Assembly (NCBI GenBank): GCA_001179505.1
Contig: CDMY01000982.1
Coordinates: forward strand, 124,001 to 188,000
Length of the DNA stretch: 64,000 nucleotides
Source of the DNA: Vitrella brassicaformis CCMP3155
Taxonomy: Eukaryota > Protista > Chromerida
Reading direction: 5' to 3'
Shown here: positions 28,201-39,460 of the stretch, piece after piece
How the letters are laid out: every line of letters begins with the position of its first letter
Numbering within the stretch: position 1 is the stretch's first letter
Notes under the pieces: model-generated
The model's input: only the letters and a program-made list of their open reading frames with translations
What the model was told of the DNA's origin: nothing
Databases searched by the model: none
Translations under genes and position numbers: made by a program

Positions 28201-30166
28201 CCATCAAGGGGCGTCACCGGCCTGCTGGCCCGCCAGTTCGCCACCTATGAGGGTGTCCGCAGTCGGAGGGGCAGCGTGGCTTTGGGTGCGGGTGTGCCGC
28301 CCCCACCGGCGCCTGTGAGGGGGTGGGGCACCATGGAGGCCGCCGCCAAGCAGATGGCCGCCAAACAGGCAGAAGAAAGACTCGACGATGTGGTCAGTAA
28401 GCGACGCTGACTGAGGCAGGATGGTGTGTGGTCAAGAGGGTATGCTCTGTGTGCTGTAGGTATTTGCCTTCGGTGAGAGTTCTCGCGGGCAGCTGGGTGT
28501 GACCCAGCGGATGGTGGACGCCTCGGTGGTCGTATCCGTCACCGACCTGCGCCGCCACTCGCTGCTCGGCGTCGCTGCCGGCGGATGCACGTCCTTCGCC
28601 GTCACAACCGACGGGAGAGTCTATGCATTCGGAACAAATCGGTACCTTCACCCCTCCCACCTTCATGAACCCCCATTCACCCAACCATGTGTGTGCAGTG
28701 GGTTGCAGCTGGGTCTGCGGAGGGACCAGCGCGGCTCATCCGAGCCCATGCGCATCAAGCTTCTGCGGGACTACACCATCGTGCAGATAGCCTGCGGCCC
28801 CTCCCCCGTAAACAGCCACACCCTCGCCCTGACGGCCGAGGGGCTGCTGCTCTCATTCGGCACATCACCCAAGGGCGCGCTAGGTCTGGGTGCGGACGTG
28901 GTTGAGGCGCTGCCCACTGCTGTGCCGCTGAGCAGGGGGGTGCCCATAAGGCAGATCGCCGCTGGGGCGAGGCATAGCGTGCTGTGCACTGATCAGGGGT
29001 TTGTCTATACCATGGGGGACGGCAAGAACGGACAGCTGGGTACGGCTTTTTCGCGGACTGTGTTAGCTGTGGGGAGGCGCATGTCTGTGTGTGTGTGTGT
29101 GTGTGTGTAGGTTTGGGTGATTTTGACAATCGGTGGATTCCTACGCGTATTGAGGTGTTGACAGGGGAGGGGGAGACGGCATGTCTCGTGGCGGCGGGCG
29201 ACGACCACACTCTAATCGCATGCACCAGCGGCAATAGTGAGTGCATCAGACACACAGATAGAGAGATGGACTTCTGAGTGTGATACACATAGGTGGGTCT
29301 TTCTTGTGTGTCTTGTGTGTGCAGTATACTCGTTTGGCCTTGGTTCGTCCGGCCAGCTGGGCCTGGGCAAGGTGCTGAGCCAAAGCACCCCTCAACGAAT
29401 CGACAAAATCCGCGGGACACCGGTCGGTAACCAACAAGAGACATAGACACATCGCTGCCAGACACCCACAAGCATGTATGTATGTATGTATGCAGGTGTC
29501 GATGGCCGGGGGCTCCCACCACTCTCTCGTCGTTATCCGCCCAACATCACCCTCACCCCAGCCGCCATCGCCCGCCTCCCCATTCGGCCTTGCTCCAGAA
29601 GGCGACAGCCCCCTCCCCCCCTCTCCCCCAGGGGTGTCCAAGGCGCCCACACGCACTTATGGGTTCGGTGCCAACTCGCAGGGCCAGCTGGGTCTCGGCC
29701 GGTCGTCAGAAAGCCGGTTAGTGCCGGTGCTGCTGCCCTTTGCCGTGACGGAGAGCATGACGCAGGTGGTGGCTGCGTCGGCCCACTCGCTCTTCCTCAA
29801 CGAGATGGGGCAGATCTTTGCATGCGGCGCCAATGAGTGGGGCCAGCTGGGGTTCCTCAGACCCGGCTCGCCGCTGCTGCCAAAGCTCTACGCGACCGCC
29901 AGCAAAGACAAGGTCTACACGCGAGACAGAGAAAGACAGAGAGAGACATAGGCATGCATCGTGGGTGTTTGGATGTGTGTGGCGTGCAGCCTGTGGGTGC
30001 ATTGGGGATGCCATTGGGTGTGGGGGATGCGTCGCGGGTGCAGGGGAGGGCGAGCGGGCACGGTGAGCGGGCCATCTATGAGCCGCTGGTGGTCAGCAGC
30101 CTGTCCTTTATCCATGCCAAGTTCCTGGCCACTGCTGACTCGCACACACTGTGTCTCGGCATGTGA
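25216..30166 (+). CDS. Multi-pass membrane protein (DMT-superfamily-like) fused to RCC1-repeat propeller
   Basis: A ~2 kb exon (25398-27470) has many hydrophobic helices, including LFALPALTVTQYVALHCLELPLGAILTRIVFRR. Phase-compatible exons 27543-27624, 27735-27804 and 27891-28392 lead to RCC1 repeats (VFAFGESSRGQLG, VYTMGDGKNGQL, VYSFGLGSSGQLGLG, TYGFGANSQGQLGLG, IFACGANEWGQLG). TGA ends at 30166. Confidence 0.75.
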
Positions 30167-30722
30167 ACTGAACTGAGCTGAGATGGGGGTGTGCTGGATG
30201 GATGGATACATGGACACATTCGCGTGGATATATCGTCAATCAAAAGGTTTCGGTGTGTGTGATTCCTCTGCATGGTTCGTGCCTCCTTTTACCGCCCCTG
30301 CGCCCTCTTCTTTGCTGCGGCAATCGTCTCGTCGATGCCGCAAAGTGAAGATGAGGGAACTGGAGAACAAAAGAAGGCCCGAACCGTGGCAGCAACATGT
30401 ACCAACAACAGTGCGTCATGGAAAAGGGAAGGCACTCACACGATCAGCCTGTCTGTTTGTGCACAAAGATGCATCACCTGCTCTGTGTCACAATGAAAGC
30501 AAAAACCACTCAGAGAGCGTCCCACCTATACACAGTCACTCCCATAAAGGAACACGAGCAGTCCCGCCAGCTAGCCTGCCTTGAGGGACAGTACCTCAAC
30601 ATCAGAGGCGTGGAAGCAGGTCAATCCGCAGCCATCACTCTGACGCAGAAGATGCCGCCCCCCAGGCACGCAGCTGGCAGCAACACACACACCACATCGA
30701 CCACCCACCCACAGGTGTTGAG

Positions 30723-31742
30723 TCAGTCACCCGCTGCTGTCCGTTCCCCTTCACCCCCATCAGCAGCAGCGTCAACCGCCCCCTCTCCTGCTGTCTGCGT
30801 CTGCGCCTCTGCCTCTCCTTGAGCCTCTGTCCGCCTCTCCCCCCTCACGGCCCTCAGCAGCGCACAGCCCAGCCCGCCACACACACGCGACACGGTCGAC
30901 AGCACCATGTACCCCCATATGGCCGTGAAGACGTACACGCAGAGCGATGAGAAGGAGTCGAAGTGGCTGGGGTGCTTCCACTTCCAGTCCCACGCGACGG
31001 CGAGTATCACCCCCACACAGCCGTACAGCAAATACGACCAGAAGTCCTCCTCCTCGGGCGGCAGCTCGGTCGACCCGTCACCCGACGCCACCGTCCGACG
31101 CGTCACCGACACGTGGATGTTGACCACCTGCGGCTGTTGCTGGGGGGGTGGTGGTGGCTCACACGCGGCACCTGTACCATCGTCACTCGCGGCCGATGGC
31201 GGCTGCTCTGCCCTTGTTGTTGTGCGTTGCCGGATGGTGTCTGTGGAGGATGTCTCTGCCTCTGTGGTCGGCATGGGTGAGGTCGAGGGGAGGTAGTGAG
31301 AGAGCGGCTGGTGGTTCTCAAGCGGCCGGCCGTGCAGGAAGAGGCGAACAGAACAACCTGATTGAATGAACCAATTGACACACACAACTGAATGTGCGTG
31401 TTCCTCTCGTTTGTGGATGGATCTTTCTCGTGAATGCGCCACCTTGTTCCAGGAAGTCCTGCAGGTGGTCCTGCGTCACCTGGGAGATGGTAGATGACAG
31501 ACACACTGTCGCATCTGACACGCAGGCAACAGGCAAATGTCACTGATCATCGTTCGATTCGTACCCCTTCTTCTCGTTCACCACGCACCTCTCCTGCTCT
31601 CGCCTTGGGCGTCGTGCACCACCACAAACCGCACTGGCACGCCGTCGCCCTCCCTCCTTGGCGCGCCTGATGACTCATTGTTTCCCTCGTGCTTCTCAGA
31701 CGCTTGTGCAGAGTCCGCTGATGCAGATGCACTCTCAGCCAT
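30723..31742 (-). CDS. Ubiquitin-like domain + two C-terminal TM helices (TMUB/DSC3-like)
   Basis: Three in-phase exons: VPVRFVVVH, STISQVTQDHL, SVRLFLHGRPLENHQPLSHY (Ubl RL.F.G+.L motif), then YGCVGVILAVAW...HFDSFSSLCVYVFTAIWG. Confidence 0.6.
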
Positions 31743-31827
31743 AGCACAAGAACAAGTATCGAGGCGGCTAGAACAAATATCGAGGCGGTCTACTGGCCAC
31801 GATCTCCCAATGCGCTCGGAAAAGTCT

Positions 31828-31942
31828 GCGAGCTTTCTTTTCCTGGATATTTTCCGGAGGCACATTCTTGACTAAATGCCGTGTGTCGCGATAGCGGGTT
31901 CGGGGGGAATGATTAGGTGCCGTGTGTCGCAAGCTCGCAGAT
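31828..31942. promoter_or_regulatory. Candidate promoter motif AAGCTCGC (two inverted copies) in a divergent intergenic region
   Basis: gcgagctt at 31828-31835 and tgtcgcaagctcgcagat at 31925-31942; the 18-mer recurs exactly at 40784-40801. Confidence 0.4.
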
Positions 31943-32182
31943 AAAGACATCGAGAGGTGGTGGGTAGTGACCTGCGTACGCGGCCTTTTTTGATCTCTCC
32001 AGCGAAGCTCGGAGGTGTCGAGAAAGGAGACGAGCCGTCTCTTTTTTTGCGTTTTTTTCTGTTCCACAATCAGAAAGCCTCTTTTTGACCTTTCCGGCGC
32101 CCTTTTTCCTGTCCAGGTCGGTGTTTCCTCGCGTCCATTTCCCTAGCGGTTCGACAGCCATCCCGTCACGTGACTGACCACC

Positions 32183-33981
32183 ATGGTACCGCCGCGAGCG
32201 AAGCCACCGGCTCCTCCAGCTACGTACCGCATTCGCCTGCAGCCTGTGCCCCCAAGGGAAGGCCGTCGCATGGGCCTTGAGATACTGGCGCTGGTGAATG
32301 CATCTGCTCGAGGCTGCGTGGCAGGCCAGGAGCCGCTGGTCCTGATCAAGGGAGCGGCACCCACGGACCCCATGAGAAACCCGACCAAACAATGCTCACC
32401 CATGGAATATTCAGACGCAGAGCAAGTTGTACTGTACTAAAGAGAAGGACGCCTTGCACCACGGAATGTTTCTGTCTCTCTGTCTGTCTGTCTGTCTGTT
32501 CAATCGCCATGGCGATGCAGATTCGATAGAAGACGGCGGTGCAGCCGAAAATACAGCTGCCCATCGCCTTGTCGAGAAGACGCGTGGCAGACACACAGAC
32601 GCATCCGAGTTCGTTTGGGCACTTTTTTCTGACTTTTTTCACAGGCAGCCGCGTTTTGCATTCCGACGCCCCTTCTTCTGCTCAAGGTCCTGTGTTTTCC
32701 TGGGCTTCATTTCCCTGCTTCACGGTAAGGTTTCAGCAGAAAGCTCATGAGAACCAGACAGCCCACGTGTCTGCGAGCGCCGCGAGGGTGATGCGGGAGA
32801 ACCTCTTGGCCCTCATCGAAGGCAACATCTCACGGCTTTCGACAGTGGCAGAGACCGAGCAGCTTTCGCAGATGCTGGGGAGGGAGGGAGCCCGGGTGCA
32901 GCGACTGAACGACAGGGTGCAGGTGCGTGAGTGGGTGGGAGGTTGGTTGTGCAGACGGATGCGTATGTGTTTGTGCATTCCTGTCCTCAGAATTGGGTTG
33001 ATACGCTCGAGAGGGGCGTCGATAGGGAACCGACGGGTGGGTCCAATGCACGTGCGTGCCTCCCACACCAACACTCACTTGCTTTGTTTGTTCGTTTGCT
33101 TCGTTTGTGCACAGGCGGCGAGGGGCAGGGCGAGGGCGGCACACACCCACCAGCACCGCCCAGACCAGCTGAGAAGGGTGAGCATCGCGCGGCCGCCGAG
33201 GTGGGGACTGAGGGTGAGGGCGACCGAGGTGGAGGCGGGGGGGGAGGGATGGCGAGGGTGGGAAGATAGCACCAGAGGAGAACACAGCAAGCCTGCAGGT
33301 GAGAGGAGGGGGGGAGGGAGGTAGAGGGGTGTCCATTTGTGCGTGTGATGTGATGTGTTGTGTTGTGTTGTGGTGTGGTGTGGTGTTGTCAGGGTACGTC
33401 AGGTGAGGGGCGGGACACAGGGACCGAGCAGCCAGGGGCTGCACCGTCGCCACCGGCAGCAGTGGCAGAGGTGAGAGGAACCACACGACTACTGGTACAT
33501 ATCGATGGTGTTGGGTGCGTGTTGTGTTGTGTTGTGTTGTGTTGCCTGCCCTCTTCATCAGGTGACTCAGAGTGGCACTGGCGAGGAGCGACGGCCCCCC
33601 ACCACACGGGGGAGACGAGGAGACCGCGTGTCCACATCGCTGGATCGCTTCCGAGCAGCGAGAGACGGCTTTGGCGAAGCTCGTGTCCGTCATCGGCGAG
33701 TATCCGGACCACATACATCCATACGGCAGGCAAAGGGTCAAGGTGCGAACTGGGGAGGGACGGAGCGAGGGATTGATGTCAGGAATGTCTGGTGATTGTG
33801 TGTGTGTATGTGGCTGCAGGAAGCGTTGGGTGCGGAGGGCATCCACATCCGCCCTGGAACGCCGTCTGACCACCCGTCCAACCAGCCGTCGTTGGACAAT
33901 CGCTGCGTACATTTTGTATTTGGACGACTCGTACATCCGTGCTTCCTTCTCTTGGGTGACCTTCTCTTGGCGCGGCCCTAA
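32183..33981 (+). CDS. Hypothetical multi-exon gene of unknown function
   Basis: ATG ORF 32183-32440 and splice-flanked coding-like segments (QKAHENQ...RLNDRVQ; ...PDHIHPYGRQRVK; EALGAEGIHIRP...). Exon chain not fully resolved. Confidence 0.3.
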
Positions 33982-34021
33982 GTGGACTGCACTGCCACGC
34001 CCTCCAACGGCCTAAGTGGAC
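33893..34021 (+). repeat. Dispersed ~120-bp repeat, copy 1
   Basis: tggacaatcgctgcgtacatttt...ggacgactcgta...ttctcttgggtgacctt...tgcactgccacgccctccaacg, shared with 36184-36315; contains cctaagtggac twice. Confidence 0.85.
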
Positions 34022-35750
34022 TACGAGGTGCTCACATGAGTGAGAAGATATCACTTCTGAAGATACGCTTGGTTGCTTATCGTATTTGAGCCGGCGCGTG
34101 ACGTCACGAGTCCGCTGCCGTTGATATGTACCGCACGAGGGCAGGCCGTGGTACGACAGCCGATGTGGCATGTACGCCATTCAATCCCTGCTGCCGCCGT
34201 GAGAGGACGGCAGTCCAGCGCTGCCCCACGGGTGGGCCCGCTGAAGAGAGGGTACTACGAGGACATGCACAACCTGGAAATGCATGAGTGGATCAATCGC
34301 CACTCTCGGACGTCGCGGGCAATGTTGTTTGCCGAGGTGAGTGATCTGGGGAGAATGAAGCGCAGCACATCGCACCTATACACCCACCCACCCATTCACC
34401 TGTGACCATCCATCTGTGTCTCGTGGTGTTGTGTATCTGCGTATGTACAGGTGCGTGGCGAGGACGTCGCACAGCGGCTGCAGACGCTCAACGGGTTGGG
34501 GCCGCGGGTGAGGGGCATCATCTTTCAGGAGATGCCACGCCTCCTCCCCGACGGCCACTCGAGGTACGTACACAGAGAGGGAGGGAGGGAGCGAAACGAA
34601 CGAAGAGAGCTACAAGACAGAAAGAACGTCAAAGACTCATGTTCGTTCACTGCTCTCTCCTCCTCGCTCCTTAATTGCCTTGTATCCTGCATGCAGCGTG
34701 GTTTCTGGGCTGACCTGGACTCGATCCGCACCCGCCCGGACGACCGCCTCGTGACCGCCGCAGAGCTCGCCGCCCGCATCACACAAGTGGGGGAGGCCTC
34801 TCAGCATGACCTGGACCACTACCTGTCGGTAGGCAACTAGGACAAGACAGACAGACAGACAGATTCTATGCACACACACACACACACACACATCTATGCA
34901 CACATACTTAATCTGTGTATGTGTTCTCCTCCTGTGGGTGTTGCCTGCCACTCAGGGGGCTATTGTGATATTCGAGGCCGAGTCTCAGGAGGCGGTGCGG
35001 GCGATGGCAGGCGCCAAGCGTGAGGCGCAGCGGGTCAACGAGCCGGATGACCCCATGGTGATCGAAGACAACGACGATGCCCCTCCCGGATTCCCCAGCA
35101 GCCCCCTCACCTCTCTAACCACCCCGGTGACGAGCGGCGCAAAAGACGCGCCAGAGCCAAGGCCAAGGCCAAGGCGGCATGTGCTGCAGCAGCAGCAGCC
35201 GGAGGGGGTGGCATGGGTGGCGTGGGGTTGGGTGCCAGCGAGGGCAAGCGCAAGAGACGGTCAGGGAGACAAGGAAGGCAAGAAGTCTCGGCTCAATCGC
35301 GAGATGGAGGGCACGGCCGGCTTCCAAAGGGGCCCGACCGTGAACAAGTGGCGCAAGCTTCCCAGCTACATGTACTTCGTGAGCAAGTACAAAAACAAGC
35401 AGTTCTACTGCGAAAACAACCCGAACCCCAGCTACAATAGCTGCGACGTTGAAGAGGAGGGGGATGAAGATGAGATCCCGATCCACGGTACAGGCCGGAA
35501 GCACTACTTCAATCACGCTAATTCCTGTCTTGGTGTGCGTGCAGTCGCCCCCATGCCGAAGGCGGAGACCAAAGTCAAGAAGCCCATCACCAAGAAGCCT
35601 AAGAGCAAGCGGAAGAAACGTCAGCTTCGGCTCACTGATCACATCGAAGCATCATCATGTGCGGTGCCGATCGTTTTGTCTGTGTGTTGGTGGCAGGTCA
35701 CTGAGCCGTCGATTTCGTCCGCCTCGCTGGTGCTGGCGATAGATGTGCCC

Positions 35751-36107
35751 TGCTACATCAACGTACGTCGTACGCACACATACGTGGGGATCACGACGAC
35801 CACACACGCATTTGTGTTTGGTCGGCTGGTTGGTTGGTTCAGGACATCGTGCTGGCCATCTTGGAGCTGCTGAAGTACCACGCTCGCGTCATGTATGTGG
35901 ACATGGATATTCATCACGGGGATGGTGTTGAGGAGGCATTCTTGACGACACCAAGGTGACCATACAGACTCACCGATACAAAGACATGGTGAGACACATG
36001 TATGCGGTTCCTCTCTCTTTCTAGGGTAATGACTGTGTCTTTCCACAAGTATGACGGCGAGTTTTTCCCGGGCACAGGAAACCTCAACGACGTCGGAGCC
36101 CAGGAAG
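35751..36107 (+). pseudogene. Internal fragment of a class I (Rpd3-like) histone deacetylase
   Basis: CYIN|[38 protein letters not shown]|[28 protein letters not shown] with two intact introns. No upstream GGLHHA or downstream VNVPL/GGGGY exons were found nearby. Confidence 0.88.
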
Positions 36108-36183
36108 GTGCTCAGCCGAAGAGATAGATGCACACGTCTGTCTGTTGGTGCCAGTGCGAGACGGCCATGGAGGTGAGGCGCGG

Positions 36184-36315
36184 TGGACAATCGCTGCGTA
36201 CATTTTATATTTGGACGACTCGTATAAAGCTCCAACATCCGTGTCTCCTTCTCTTGGGTGACCTTGACGAGCCTTCTCTGCACTGCCACGCCCTCCAACG
36301 TCCACTTAGGGCCGC
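36184..36315 (+). repeat. Dispersed ~120-bp repeat, copy 2
   Basis: Same sequence as 33893-34021 with small indels; gtccacttagggccgc (36300-36315) is the exact reverse complement of 33972-33987. Confidence 0.85.
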
Positions 36316-37322
36316 TGGAACCAAGACGCCGCCGCAAGGCGGCACAATGGCGTCACGGCTCGGAGGTCAGAACCTGACGAAAAAAAAGGACGCTATGCCA
36401 TCTATCATGTCGTCCCTTGTGGGTGTGTGTGTATATCATTGCAGGAGGCAACCAGAACAACGCCCAGCCAGCCGCTGCGGCTGCTGCTGCCGCGCCTCCC
36501 TCCCCTGGCGAGGCTGCTGCCATTGCTGCTGTTGCCGCCGCTCAACTTGAAGGCCACGCTGGGGTTGACGGGCAGCTGGGCTACGTCCCCCCCTCACCCG
36601 GTGCGGCCGCTGCCATCGCCGCTGTGGCCCGATCTGAGGGCGGAGTTTGGGGATGCCATTCATGGCTCCTGCACCTGGTTTCGGCCCTGCTACTGCAGCG
36701 GCGGCTGGCGCACGTCAGTTCCCCGATCGTAAGCAGAGACCACAGACCACAGACAGACTGACTGACAGACAGACAGAGACAGACTGACTGACTGACAGAC
36801 AGACAGAGACAGACCAGTGGTATGAATCACTGGCACGTATTTGTGTGCGCCTGTGTGTTGTGTGTTTCAGTGGATACGTATGAGGCACTCCACGCTGCCT
36901 GCCGCGCCCACCCTGACCGCCCCGACCACGTCATCGACGGCGACCGCCTCATCATCGGCAGTGCGTCGTCATTCGGATTCCTCGAATACGCACCAGGTAC
37001 ACACCACACAGAACACAGTGACCACACATACACATGGCCCTGTATCTGCCTCTCTCTCTCTGTGTGTGTGTAGGTGTTCAGTTTGCGCACGTGCCTCCGG
37101 ATTCCTTCAACGACGACGAGGACGACGAGGCCCAGCGGACGGTGGTGGCGGCCGCGCCCGGGGCGTCAGGGACGGCAGCAAGGGCACTCACAGGATAAAG
37201 GGCCGAAACAAGCTCAGCCGTTTCTGTACGAAACACTATTTTATGGGCACCACACGCGTACACACTGACTGGATGGCTTGTGTTGTTGGTGTTCTGTTGG
37301 TCACACCCCTTGTCCTGTCGCC

Positions 37323-39009
37323 ATGCCAGGCAGCGCCGCCAACACCAGCGCCACCACCAAGGCCCACCTGCTCCTTGACCACCTCAGGCAGCAGTGCGAC
37401 CCAGTGACTGTCGGCATCTCCTGGTCGGAGCGGCGGAGCAGATTCTTGGTGGGGATCTGGCAGGGGGGTCGCGTCCGCAGCGGCGGTGCGGTCGTGCCCG
37501 CGGGGGACACATGGGACGAGATGCTCAAGGCGCTCCGCGATGGGATCGACAACCGCAACAACCTGGCGGAGGATCTCAGCATCCCCAGCCGAGTGGATGC
37601 CTCCTTGCTCAACACATTTCAGCAACCCCAACAAGAGAGGGAGAGCGAGGAGGAGGGCGAGGCCGCCGCAGCGGCCGGAGCGGCCGGAGCGGCCGACGAA
37701 GGAGCCGGTGAGCTAAGCACGTGTGATCCAACCGAGGGAGGGCACAGCGTGGTGAGGGTATTCCATTCATGTGTCTGTGTTGTGGTGCTTTCTGCTTGCC
37801 ATGTGTCTCTGATATGTCTCTGGCTTTCCAACCAGCAGACGAAAGGGAGCTGCCCGTCAAGGTCACTGAGGGTGATGCGACGCGGGGGGATCTGACTGTC
37901 TCTCTGTGGCGTGTGTGTTCAGGTGGACGACCCAATGGGGGAGGAGCGTCGACATCAACAAAAGGCCATCTGATCCTTCGACGAGATCGATGTCTTCGAG
38001 GCCACACTGGGGACACACCCCAAGGAACAGGTGCTGCCCGCCAACCCCAGGTTTAAACGACTTTCAGAGGCCATAGGAACCAAGACCACAGACGAATGCA
38101 TAGTGAGTGCACACCACAGGATAACACAACACGACACAGACACACTCCCCATCTCTCTCATCTCTCTCACGGGTATGCTTTGTGTGGGCTGCGGCAACAG
38201 GAATTCTACTACACGTTCAAGCACGGCCTGTCGTTGAAGGCCATCGAAGGCGCCAACAGAAAAAGAAAAACCCTCGTACGAAAGGTAAGTCGGAGAGGGA
38301 GGAGAAGAGCGGCAGGCATGTGGCGTGACTTTCTCTGTATCAGATTACAGACAAGGTCGGCAAGCTGGCCGAGTCGCTGGGGGTTGACCCGCCGCAGCCC
38401 CGCAGCGGTGACGGCGGTGAGGTGCCGTCAGCCGCCGTCACCCCTCAATTCGCCACCGACGGAGACGAGCGCGCCACGTGCCTGGCCCACATGAAAGCGT
38501 TCGAGGCGGGCAGTGTCTCCGTCTGGTTGCTATTGCGGGCCATGGCAGCCAGTTCCGCCGCTGCCGCCAAATCACGCACGACACGGCACCGCAGCGGCTT
38601 CCGACGTGCAGCCATCGACAAGTGCGGCTCCGAGTTGGCCGAGGGTGGCCGACGCGAACGGTCACTGCGGGAGGGCCGCCGTCGCCGGAGCGACGAGGAG
38701 GAGAACGACGCCGACATGGATGACGAGAACATCACCACCGGCCGCCACCGTTGCAAGACCAACAGCGAGGTCGACAAACTCGCCTTCCAGACGGGCCATG
38801 TCTCCGTCTACCTGCTATTGCGAGCCATGGCAGCTAATCGGTGCTGTCGTTCTGTCTTTCTCTCTGCTGCGCCTGTTGTGACTCACCCCAATGGAAAAGT
38901 GAGAGAGAGAGAGAGAGAGAGCGCGAGAGAGACTGGGATCAGCGGGCTGTATCGGTGTCTACGTTTTATATCGTCGTGTATTACTTTCCGAAGACACGCA
39001 CATTGGTGA
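37323..39009 (+). pseudogene. AP2-like + SANT-domain gene interrupted by one in-frame TGA
   Basis: Exons 37323-37707, 37839-37861, 37923-38102, 38201-38284 and 38344- are all phase-compatible. SANT-like *SFDEIDVFEATLGTHPKE...FKRLSEAIGTKTTDECI|EFYYTFKH, with TGA at 37971-37973. Confidence 0.6.
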
Positions 39010-39460
39010 AGTCCTGGAGTGAGTGAGTCAGTCAGCGGGTGAATAGATGCAGACTTGTTGATAGACTTCTATCGACATCAAAACCATTCCATGCGTCCCT
39101 CCATTCGATTAATAAGTGCGGACATCCATCCATCTAGGACACACAGAAATAGCACACACACACACTATCCTCTCATCGACAATCGTTCATCCGGTAGCCC
39201 GCCAGCCCACCGGCTTTCACCCAACATGTTGCTGGTGAAGGTCCCTGGGCCATCAACGACGGTACGAAGCCGCATAACTAAAATCACCCGACCTCCGCCT
39301 GTCCTGCATCTACCTGGAGCTGCCTGCCATGCCCTGCCTATGCGTCCGTGTAGCTCATGTGCTCTGTCGCCACACACCCACACACACCAGCCGACCTATT
39401 GACTTAAATGCCTCCCTCATACGGTATAAAAGCCTTTGCTGTCTGGACCCTCTCTCTGCG

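Larger units (their letters stand above)
34073..37198 (+). pseudogene. Chimeric gene: unknown N-terminal exons + class I HDAC fragment + Ala/Pro-rich and unknown exons, with probable frameshift
   Basis: Splice-flanked exons at ~34451-34563, 34697-34828, 34955-~35760, 35843-35955, 36025-36107, 36445-36728, 36871-36996 and 37074-37198. The coding-like frame of the last exons (DTYEALHAACR, GVQFAHVPPDSF) needs a frameshift near 36630. Confidence 0.45.

Noticed and set aside
36347-36550. Independent gene starting MASRLGGQ
   Set aside because: It would need a 22-nt intron or would run into a Cys-rich off-frame stop; the 36445 exon fits better as a continuation from the HDAC exon.
32000-39100. Autonomous transposon or Helitron as carrier of the mosaic block
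   Set aside because: No transposase, reverse transcriptase, Rep/helicase motifs, clear terminal inverted repeats or target-site duplication were found, so no mobile element is called.
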